Shown here piece by piece: positions 23,716-34,898 of a stretch of 64,000 nt of DNA. The stretch spans positions 41,788,001 through 41,852,000 of the forward strand of contig NC_043007.1 of the NCBI RefSeq assembly GCF_006345805.1. Direction: 5' to 3'. Both the position numbers and the translations under genes were made by a program. A model generated the notes under the pieces. That model saw only the letters and a program-made list of their open reading frames with translations, did no database searches and was not told where the DNA came from. The stretch comes from Octopus sinensis. Taxonomy: Eukaryota. Each line of letters starts with the position of its first letter. Positions within the stretch are counted from its first letter, which is position 1.

Positions 23716-24184
23716 CTGTTAAATACAAAAATATGAATACATTTATAAAACATTATTTTGTTTTTTGCAGAAAGAAGTCTAGGTTATATATATTATGTTT
23801 ATCACATTCAATATGAATTAATATTCACAATTCTTAATTTTTTTCTCCTTTGCCATTTTTAAATAATTTTCAACTCTGAAAATAAAGCTTAATTTTATAC
23901 ACGCATCTAAAAATAAGCCAAATTTACTTATGATCTTCTCATGTAGGTATATCCACTCATTTCCATATATTTTTTCCAAAGTTTGTTTATGATATAAACA
24001 TCTACAAAATAGGTGCAAGCAGGTATGGCTGTGTGGCAAAAAGCTCGCTTTCCAATCTCATGGTTCTGGGGTCAGTCCTACTGCATGGCACATAAGGCAA
24101 ATGTCTTGTACTATTGCTCCAGGCCAACCCATATTTTCTGAATGGATTTGTCAGACAGAACCTAAAAGAAGCCTGTTGTGTGTA

Positions 24185-24752
24185 TGTATGTGTGTGTGTG
24201 TATGTATATATGCATATGTGTGTGTATTTGTGTTTGCCACTACCACTTGACAACTGCTACTAATTTGTTTATGTCCCCTGTAACTTAACAGATTAGCAAA
24301 AACAGACCACTTGAATAAGTACCAGGCTGGGGTCACTTTGTTCCCTTAAACCCTTCAAGGCAGTGTTCCAGCATGAGCTCAGTTCAATAACTGAAACAAG
24401 TAAAAGCAGAAGTAAATAAAGGTGAACTGTATAGTTTGATCCTTGGATAAGCAGCAAGAGGCAAAAATTTGAGATCATAGATACCCCTTATATGAATATG
24501 AAAACTAACTCTGTGACCAGAATTGAGTTCTTATACAAGGAAATGCTTGTTGTTACTTGAATTTAGCATACACGTAAATAAACACATACATGTGTGTGTG
24601 TGTGTGGCTGTGTGGTAATAAACTTGCTCCCAACCACATGGTTCTGGGTTCAGTCCCAACGTGTGGCACCTTGGTCAAGTGTCTTCTCCTAAAGCCTTGA
24701 GCCAACAAAAGCCTGGGTGTAGATTTGGTAGACGGAAACTGAAAGAAGCCTG

Positions 24753-24817
<65 letters not shown>

Positions 24818-25400
24818 CATATCTGTGTGTGTGTGTATGTATATATGCATATGTGTGTGTATTTGTGTTTGCCACTACCACTTGACAACTGCTACTAATT
24901 TGTTTATGTCCCCTGTAACTTAACAGATTAGCAAAAACAGACCACTTGAATAAGTACCAGGCTGGGGTCACTTTGTTCCCTTAAACCCTTCAAGGCAGTG
25001 TTCCAGCATGAGCTCAGTTCAATAACTGAAACAAGTAAAAGCAGAAGTAAATAAAGGTGAACTGTATAGTTTGATCCTGGATAAGCAGCAAGAGGCAAAA
25101 ATTTGAGATCATAGATACCCCTTATATGAATATGAAAACTAACTCTGTGACCAGAATTGAGTTCTTATACAAGGAAATGCTTGTTGTTACTTGAATTTAG
25201 CATACACGTAAATAAACACATACATGTGTGTGTGTGTGTGGCTGTGTGGTAATAAACTTGCTTCCCAACCACATGGTTCTGGGTTCAGTCCCAACGTGTG
25301 GCACCTTGGTCAAGTGTCTTCTCCTAAAGCCTTGAGCCAACAAAAGCCTGGGTGTAGATTTGGTAGACGGAAACTGAAAGAAGCCTGTCATATATATATA
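24185..25400. repeat. Near-identical ~635-bp tandem duplication
   Basis: 24551 matches 25186; 24200 matches 24835. Confidence 0.9.
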
Positions 25401-25451
<51 letters not shown>

Positions 25452-25855
25452 CATATCTGTGTGTGTGTGTATGTAAATATATATGTGTGTGTGTGTTTGT
25501 CCCCCACCACTGGTTGACAACTGGTGTTGGTGAGTTTACATCTCTGAAACTGAGAGGATAAGCACCAGGCTTAACAAAACACAAGTACTGGATCAATTCA
25601 TTCAACTAAAAATTCTTCAACACCTCAGTCATCAGACTGAAACAAGTAAACAAAAGAAGATATATATATATATATATATTTGATAAAGATAGTTATGGCC
25701 AATCTATAGGGTTACCCTGGGAAAGCACTTTATGGACATGAAATCCAGGGTAACCCCATAGACAGGCCATAACTATCTTTATCTTATTATTCTACTGCTC
25801 TATAACTGAGAGTGTTGCTTCTCTTTCCTATTTATTATATACTGACTATATATAT

Positions 25856-25929
<74 letters not shown>

Positions 25930-26009
25930 ATATAAATTTGTTGTTGAAAATGTACCTGAATTTGAAAAACTTGTAATTGTTTGTAAATAAATTTATTTAC
26001 ATACGTACA

Positions 26010-26052
26010 TACCAAACTAGTTTCAACAATATTTTTTTGTTTATCAATGGTA
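26010..26052 (-). ncRNA. Minimal hammerhead motif, U3-A8 variant core
   Basis: tacca TTGATAA acaa-aaaaata-ttgt t GAAA ctag TT tggta. Confidence 0.72.
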
Positions 26053-26123
26053 AAAATTTAAAATTGCAAAGTAGAAAAACATGTTTAGTGAAGAATTTAA
26101 ATGAGCTCATTTGTAGAAATAAT

Positions 26124-26310
26124 AAGGCAGTGAGCTGGTAGAAACGTTAGCATGCTGGGCGAAATGCTTAGCAGTATTTCGTCTGCCATTACGTTCTGAG
26201 TTCAAATTCCACCAAGGTCGACTTTGCCTTTCATCCTTTCTTGGTCAATAAATTAAGTCCTTGTTTGTCCCGTCTATGTTTAGCCCCTTGTGGACAATAA
26301 AGAAATAAGA
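26124..26310 (+). mobile_element. SINE family B (copies also ~2770-2960-, 4510-4730-, 16120-16262-, 34342-34550+, 52130-52330-)
   Basis: aaggcagtgagctggYagaa...gagttcaaattcc...gactttgcctttcatcctttc. Confidence 0.82.
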
Positions 26311-26594
26311 AATAATATCTACAACTACAAACACAGCAACAATAATAACAAAAAGACCAACATAAACTGTGACAATCAGAGTAGCAATAAAAGCAACACT
26401 CTTAACCTTATAAGGGAGCCTCTAGCCAGTTATACCAGCTCCTAGCAATAACAGTAAAATCTCCCTCAGATCCGACAGTCTTAAATAAAAAAGGGTACAT
26501 TGGACAGTGTAGTGTCTAATGTATAGGATAGGATGATCATGGTTGGAATGCCTTTGAACACATGTCTTCTCTACTGCAGCTTACCTGGTGTTCA

Positions 26595-26950
26595 GTAACA
26601 ACGACAATAACAATTTTAACAGCAACAATAACAAATAACAACTGTAATAACAATGATCATAGCAACACCAGTCATACTAATAACAACCATAACAAGAACC
26701 ATAACAACGACAACAACAATAACCACAACAACAATAATCATAACAGTAACAACCATAACAACAACAACAATCATAATATCAATAATGACAATAATTATAA
26801 CAATAACAATCACAATAATAACTATAACAACAATCATAACCAAAACAACAGCCATAACAACAGTCAGAACAGCAACAACCATAACAACAGCCATAATAGC
26901 AACCTTAACGGTATCAACAACACAAAACAATAACAATTAAAACAACAACA
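26595..26950. repeat. (AAC/AAT)n low-complexity tract
   Basis: Direct reading. Confidence 0.9.
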
Positions 26951-28198
26951 TCCATAAAGAGCCAGTTATTAGCTGCAAATTAGTATTAGTTGGTGACATG
27001 TACCATGCTTTTGCTAATTGCTTTAGGTGCCTGTGAAATTGTGAGAAGGCATAGGTACCCTCTCGTCTTGACTCTCCCATCCTTTGATTTAATGGCATAT
27101 CCAGGATGTTGAAGCTGGAGGGGGAGAGAGAGAGTTGCTCCAGCATTTAGCTAGTACTCTTTTATAGCTGCGTAGAGTGGCGCAACATGAAATAAAGTGC
27201 CTTGCTCAAGGACACAGAGCACCACCTGGTCCAAGAATTGAAAGCAGAGCATTATGATTGTGAGCCAAACACCCTAACCACTTGAACATATTCTTTTAAA
27301 ACAACAACTATAGTAACAACAACACCAACCATAGCAACAGCAAATATAATGACAATCATAACAACAGCCGACATTAACCATAACTACAACAACTATTAAT
27401 ATTGGCATTCTGTTGGTCACAACAACAAAGGTTATACTTTATTGAATCAATGGAACAGCCTACTTGTGAAAGTAATGTGCAAGCAGCTTAGTGCTGCGCA
27501 GACATGCATGCCCTTAACGTAGTTCTCAGGGAGATACAGTGTGACACAGAATGTGACAAGGCTGGCCCTTTGAAATACAGGTACTGCTCACTTTTGCCAG
27601 CTGAGTGGACTGGAGCAATGTGAAATATGTGGGACAACGTCAGCAGCTGGGGAGCTGACGGGAACTTGGGGTTGACCGGAAGAGGAAGGGTGCAGGAGTG
27701 ACACGCGCACAGGCAGGAGAGCATTGGGCCTTTCCGATCAGGGTAGCCGACAGGGCTGGATGTGTGAGCACTTCAACAAGGTAAGGGAAAAGCAGCTGCT
27801 ATTTTTAGCGTTCGGGTCTGGCCACATGGAAGGGTGTGTTGCCGGAGAAGTCTGCGTCAGCGAAGAGAAGGTAGGTGTCTTTACTTCAAATCTCCCGCAT
27901 ACACCACAAAATAAAGTGTCTTGCTCAAGGGTACAATACACCACCAGGAAGTGAACTCTCAACCTTACAATCATGAACCAAATACCCTAACCACTAAGCC
28001 ACATACCTTCACAGGCAACAACTATAACAACAACCATAACAACAACAATAATACAAATTACAACAAACTCAACAACTTCTTCAAGAATAGTAACAAAATC
28101 TTACTGAAATTTCTTAATTTCATTTTCCCGCTTCACTTTTGATGTGCTTGAGTATATATCACACGTGCATATATATGTGTGTGTGTATGTGTACTTGC

Positions 28199-28245
<47 letters not shown>

Positions 28246-28951
28246 ATATATATTATATATATATGTGTGTGTGTTGTATCAAATTAGTAGTCTTTAGAGC
28301 ATCAGGTAGAATGCCTTGTAGTATTTGTTCAAAGTTCAAATCTCATCTGTCACCAAATAAAAAAAGAAATCCAGCCCTTTGGAATAAGGTAAAAACAATG
28401 ACAGACTTGAGAATCCTTAAATAATATGTGCCCAAGAATATTGGCAGATTATTCTCAACTTTGGCACAACACCTATCAAAGGAGAATTCAAAGGTTACTT
28501 TATGTGCGTTCAATGAGCAAATTCATACATACATACATGTATGTGTGTGTGTATATATATATAGATATGTGTATGTATATGTATGTGTACAAATATATGT
28601 GTGTGTATGTATATATATATGTGTATGTATGTGTATGTATGTATATATGTATGTATGTATGTATGTATATAGGTATAAATATATATATACACAGGTGTTG
28701 TTCAGTCTTATAAGTTGTGTGATGGGCTACTGAATTTATACACAACGGGGATGAAGATTTTGTCATCATGCTGCTGCTGCTGCAGCTGATGAAGAAGATG
28801 AAGGTGGTAGTGGTGGTTGTGGATGATGATGATGATGATGATGGTGATGATGGTGATGATGATGTTGATGATGACGTATGTGAATGGAAAGTTGAAGAAA
28901 GATGATGGTGCCAGTAGTTTTGAGAGCAGTGGGAGTTTTTATATCTAATAA

Positions 28952-28999
<48 letters not shown>

Positions 29000-29671
29000 T
29001 ACACACACACACACACACCCATACACACTCAGCTCTCGGAATTCACTTTCACATTTTATGTAGTCATTCACAGATAGTTTAACAACATGTGTATATATGT
29101 GCACATATATGTGTGTAATGTGTGATTCCGGAAAAGTCCATATATAAAGACTTCTTGTTAACTAAAGACTCACGGATGTGACAAAGGAAAAGAAAGAGAA
29201 GCTGGAAGTGAAGGAAGTTGTTGTGGTTGTGGTCACAGTGGTATTTTTAATGATGGAAGTGGTTGTAGTGGGGGGGGGGTAGTCACCATCATCATTATAA
29301 TCAATGAGTGATGGTATTGTTTATTGTTGTGGTAGTAATGGTGGTCACAGTTTTGTTTATGACTGTGTTTAGTGAAGATGGTGTTGTTCCTGTTCTTATC
29401 TAGTCCCAGACATGCCTTGACTATCCAGAGCTGTAATCAAAAGCATTCCAGTGACAATCAACCCATTTCCCCCTATATTTAGAGAACCCCCAAAACATTT
29501 TATCCTATGAGTTCTTTTCTGAGATAATGGGTGTTTGATTTGAGGAAGATTTTGCTGCTATTTTTACCAGATCAAATGACTATGTAGATTCTCTCTCATT
29601 GGCTTGTGATGATGGTTTTGGTTACTATTTTTAGCTAATACAATTCTATATTTAAGAGATGAGGAATTATG

Positions 29672-29827
29672 TACATTATTTACATTTGACGGATATTTGT
29701 TCTCATCTTGCTTGTTGTTAACACAACATTTCGGCTAATATACCCTCCAGCCTTCATCAGGTGTCTTGGAGAAATTTCAAACCTGGGTTCTCATTCCTAA
29801 GGTATTTTTCGATGTTGTTATTATTAC

Positions 29828-29885
<58 letters not shown>

Positions 29886-30056
29886 TTTATTCAGGTTACT
29901 GTCTGGAATTGAACTCAGAATCTTGGGATTAGCAACCCATGCTCTTAACCACTACACCATATGCCTGTGCCCATGGGCATATGGCGTAGTGGTTAAGAGC
30001 GTGGGCTACTAAGCCCAAGATTAGGAGTTTGATTCCAGACAGTGACTTGAATAATG

Positions 30057-30098
<42 letters not shown>

Positions 30099-30239
30099 TT
30101 GAAAAATACCTTAGGAATGAGGACCCAGGTTCAAAATTTCTGCAAGACACCTGATGAAGGCTGGTGGGTATATCAGCTGAAACATTGTGTTAACAACAAA
30201 CAAGATGAGGACAAATATCCATCAAATGTAAATAATATA
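29672..30239. mobile_element. Head-to-head pair of tRNA-headed, HHR-containing repeat units (probable PLE pLTR / PLE-dependent SINE)
   Basis: Mirror arms around ~29970; each has A box TGGYGTAGTGG, B box-like gttYRattcc, (AAT)n and an HHR (plus 30146-30191; minus 29720-29765). Confidence 0.85.
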
Positions 30240-30244
30240 ACTAA

Positions 30245-30760
30245 TGTATTTTTAGCTAGTCATGCCATTTTTTCCCTATTTTTTTACAAAGCGTTGGACT
30301 ACATTTTCAAATGTGACATTTTAAGAAGATAGATTGTAGTTAGACTAACGTTTTGGTTGCTATTCCTAGCAGGTCAAACAACTCTTTTGTTTCCATTTTT
30401 TTCAGTTTTAATGCACTCTGGACTACATTTTCAAATGTGACCTTTTATTAGGAAGATGAAGTGTAGTTGGACAAAAGTTTTGGCTGCTATTTCTATCAGG
30501 TTAAGCCATTCTTTTGTTTCCAATTTTTTCAGCATTAATGAACCTTGGACAACATTTTCAAATGTGACCTTTTATTATGAAGGTAGAATGTAGATAGACA
30601 AAGGGTTTGGCCACTATTGTCAGCAGGCAAACCCATTGTTTTGTTACCACATTCTTTTCAGCATTCATGTTCCTTGGATTATATTTTCAAATGTGACCTT
30701 TTATTTCACAGGTAGAGTGTAGTTTGGGAAAAGTTTTGGATGCTATTTCTTTGAATGTCA
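30245..30760. repeat. ~125-bp tandem repeat, 4+ units
   Basis: tggactacattttcaaatgtgac-like motif recurs at ~30295, 30418, 30545, 30675. Confidence 0.85.
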
Positions 30761-31413
30761 AATCAACATGTTGATGCTCCCATATTTACTTTTGTTTTTA
30801 CTTGTTATTTAACCTAACAACATTGGCGGACATTGTCAGTAAAAAAAAAAACTGGAATCTAACCCTGTCCATTCTGTCTAGGACTACACTGGTCAACATA
30901 TCTTCTTTTTGAAGATAGCAGAGAAAGAATTCAATGGAATTTGGCTGCTATTTCTAAAAGGTTTAAGACAGGGGTTCTTAATCATTTCATTTTTGCTGAC
31001 AGACCCCTTTGATTCCTATTTTACTCTACTGGACCGTAATAAACATTTGATGTTTGGAAAAAGACTGGCAATTATGGTGGTTGTAGTGGAGACCTGAGAA
31101 GTATGGAATAAAGTGTTGAGTGTTAATCAGGAGCGATGAAGATAGCACTTTTGTTGCACTTAGTGACACTAATAGGGAGGGAACTAGTAGTTGTTTTTAT
31201 CTTAAAAGATGACATTAGCAACATACATATACATGAACACTTACACATCCACTCATATATATATGTACACAAACACTTATAAGTCTATAAATCTATTTAT
31301 ATCTACAGATACAGATACCTATATATGTACATACATACATACATACATACATACATACATACATAAAAACATACATATATATATATATATAATATATATA
31401 TATATATATGTAT

Positions 31414-31445
<32 letters not shown>

Positions 31446-31481
31446 GTATGTATATATAGATATATATAGATACATATATAT

Positions 31482-31531
<50 letters not shown>

Positions 31532-31554
31532 GTATATGTATATATATGTGTATG

Positions 31555-31586
<32 letters not shown>

Positions 31587-31986
31587 GGTAAACAGTAAAA
31601 ATAATTACAGACATGGACAAGAACATGAAACACCACAGAGACGACACAAGAACCACAGGACGGGACATTCGAAGCCCTCAGTCATCAGTCAAGAAGCAGA
31701 TCATCTTAGCAATTTCGGCTGATTAATCTTGAGATTGCTCCGATATGGCCAGCCCGCCAAGGGAAATCTAAGCCAAGCGCATTAGATCCCCTGGAAGAAA
31801 GCTTCGAATGTATACAACACGAGGACGGAAAACGAACGAAGTACACACACGAACAAAAATACAGAATACGTGACACCAATAAGAATACAAAAACGTAAAA
31901 ACAATAACGGTAAAAATAAAAAATAAACAACAAAACAAAACCAGGACGTAGGACAAGGGTCTTTCGACAGGACGAGTTATATATAT

Positions 31987-32082
<96 letters not shown>

Positions 32083-32936
32083 ATATATGTATATGTATAT
32101 CTGTATATATATATAAAACCAAATAAGTTAGGGGTTGTGGATCCAACCCACTAAGGGATAATACTTATCCAATATACTGTTGCTATACAACCCAAATTAT
32201 TAATACACAAGTGTTTTTAATTGCAATGCAATGAACTCACTTATTGTATTAAATGGGTGTAGGTAAAGAAATATTTCACCATTAATTTATATTACAAATA
32301 AGAAAATGGAGAAACACATTAGTTGGTTTATCAGCTTTAGGATTTTAAATAAGACAACATTCTAATATCCTAAAGCTGATAAGCCAACTAATGTGTTTCT
32401 CTATTAGTGATTAGTGGTTAGGGTGTCAGCATCATGATCATAAGATTGTGGTTTTGATTCCTGGCCCAGGCGACTTGTTGTATTCTTAAGCAAAACACTT
32501 CATTTCACGTTGCTCCAGTCGACTCAGCTGGCAAAAATGAGTAATGCTGCGATGGACTGGCGTCCCGTCCACCTGGGGAACACATATGCCATAGAAACCG
32601 GGAAACCGGGCCCATAAGCCTGACTAGGCTTTAAAAGGGCGCATTTATTATTATTATTATTATTATTATACATGCATCATACAATCTTCCTTTTACTCAG
32701 TGAGAGAAACCAGTGGTTTCCAACAAGGGTAAAAGCTTTTTGAATTATCTCCATTTCAATCTTATTCTAGCTGTCACACTCTCTGTACATCCTCCTCCAC
32801 TACTAATTTATTCCCAAGGTAGCAGAAATTATCCAGTATTGTATTCTATAAATATACCTAGTAGAAGAATCATGAAAGCGGGAAATTATTAGTAGCTCTT
32901 TTGGTATGTGGACACACACACACACACACACACACA

Positions 32937-32973
<37 letters not shown>

Positions 32974-33109
32974 TACACACACACACACACACACACATAC
33001 ACACACACACAAACACACACACACACACACACACACACTTATATATACATACATGCACATACAATGTTCAGCACTCATTCTCACTGTTTGATATTAACAT
33101 TTATATATT

Positions 33110-33323
33110 CAAGGGGTACTGAAAATTTCCTGGCTTTAAGAGAATTGCAAAAGGCCTGGTTGGAGGTTCAACCACATGAGTTCTTTTACAGGGCTTAGAA
33201 AACCTGAAGGACCACTACAGTAAATGTGTAAATCTGAGAGGGGAATACTTTGAATAAAATCATAATTAATTGATCCTCTTATATTTTCTTTTACCCAAAA
33301 CCAGGAGCTTTTCAGCATCCCTG
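33110..33323. mobile_element. mariner-type MITE
   Basis: Imperfect TIR caaggggtactgaaaatttcctgg / ccaggagcttttcagcatccctg. Confidence 0.7.
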
Positions 33324-33354
33324 AATATACATACATACATACATACATACATGT

Positions 33355-33660
33355 GGAGGCACCTGGCCTAGAGGTTAGAGTAGCGGACTCGTGGTCGAGC
33401 GATCGTGGGTTTGAATCTTAGACCAGGCGATGTGTGTTTTTATGAGCGAAACACCTAATCTCCTCATGGCTCTGGTGGAAGGTAATGGCAAACTTCTGCT
33501 GACTCTTTCGCCACAACTTTCTCACACTCTTTTCTCCTGCATCTTGAAACTCACCTGCGATGGACCGGCATCCCATCCTGTTCAGGTGAGGAACCTATAT
33601 GCCAAGGAAATCGGGAAACCGACCCTATGAGCCAGGCATGGCTTGAGAAGGAACAAACAA
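33355..33660 (+). mobile_element. tRNA-derived SINE family C (relatives ~32405-32645, 22905, 18610)
   Basis: tggcctagaggttagag...ggtttgaatct head; tail (AAC)n. Confidence 0.75.
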
Positions 33661-34070
33661 CATACATACAGACAGACAGATAGAGTGAGTGAAAGAGAGA
33701 GTCGTGTAACTCTTCTGCAGCAATAAACCAGTTCTGTTCTTGCTCTTTCCTTCAAGCATAAAGTCACTTCTCTTCTATAATCTCACTCAGTCAAATCAGA
33801 TCTTAGTCTTGAAATCTGTATGGTGATCTCATTAGTACTAATGCCATGAAAAAGCACCCAGTACATTCTATAAAGTAGTTGACATTAAGAAGGAAACCCA
33901 GCTATAGGAACCAAGCTAAAGGTAGCTCAGTCAATACATTTTTTGAACTAGTTTTGCTTGGTCCAATTATACAGCATGTTGTTATTTGCCTGTAGGCAGT
34001 TGCCTATAGGCTTCATACGTTTGGTGATGCAAACAGGAAAAATGGAACTCAAAACATGAGTATATATATA

Positions 34071-34307
34071 TCTACTATATATTTGTGAAAAGGGCAGTCG
34101 TTGTCTCATAAGCAATTGTGCAGGCAAAAGTGTTAGTAAATGTGGTCATATTGACCTGAAAATTTGCACACCTATGTTAAAAGTGCTAGGGAGCTTGCAT
34201 GGTAAATTTGAGCTTGCTCAATTGAAAGGCATGACCTCTAGGGTAAAATTCCTCATCTTTAAAATGTAGCCTGAGTAGATCCGAATGAAAGCGGGTTATA
34301 ATACTAG
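34071..34307 (+). mobile_element. Non-autonomous Helitron
   Basis: A|TCTACTATAT start, subterminal hairpin atccg..cgggt, CTAG|T end. Confidence 0.7.
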
Positions 34308-34898
34308 TATATACATATTTTTATTAATATTTATCAGAAGCAAGGTGGTGAGCTGGCAGAACCATTAACATGCTAGGCAAAATACTTAGCAGCATTTTGT
34401 CCATCTTTGCATTCAGAGTTCAAGTTCTGCCAAAGCTGACTTTGCCTTTCATCCTCTTAGGGTTAATAAAATTTGTATCTGTTGAGCACTGGAGTCAACA
34501 TAATTGACGTCACCCCTACCGCAAATTGCTGGCCTTGTGCCAAAATTTGAAACCAATATTTAACAGACGCAACAGAATGACTCAGAGTTTCAAGATTTTG
34601 GGGCGTTAGCATTTATAAAACTTATCAAACTTTGATAAGTGCTGATGCATGAAACTCTCAGCCTTTGAGTCATTCAGTTGCTTTTGCTAAATTTTAATAC
34701 ATGCATAAATGCATATTTATCTAGGAGTGGCTGTGTGGTAAGTAGCTTGCTTACCAACTACATGCTTCAGGGTTCAGTCCCACTGTGTAGCACCTTGGGC
34801 AAATGTCTTCTACTATAGCCTCAGGCTGACCAAATCCTTGTGTGTGGATTTGATAGATAGAAACTGAAAGAAGCCCGTCATAGATATATATATATATA

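Noticed and set aside
28426-28530. Plus-strand MPKNIGRLFSTLAQ... presequence-like peptide
   Set aside because: Wrong strand for the CYP gene, no ATG at the actual start, runs into a microsatellite.
29172-29250. Strong minus-strand donor (CC|GTGAGT) as CYP first coding exon
   Set aside because: Would give CTG and has an in-frame TAA at 29249-29247 with no Met between.
29975-30048. Possible genuine tRNA gene (also 48788-48860)
   Set aside because: Poor acceptor stem, no oligo-T terminator, followed by a repeat body; treated as a tRNA-derived head.
31670-31720. Minus-strand GAAA...CTGATGA suggesting a type II hammerhead
   Set aside because: Could not form consistent stems I-III by eye.
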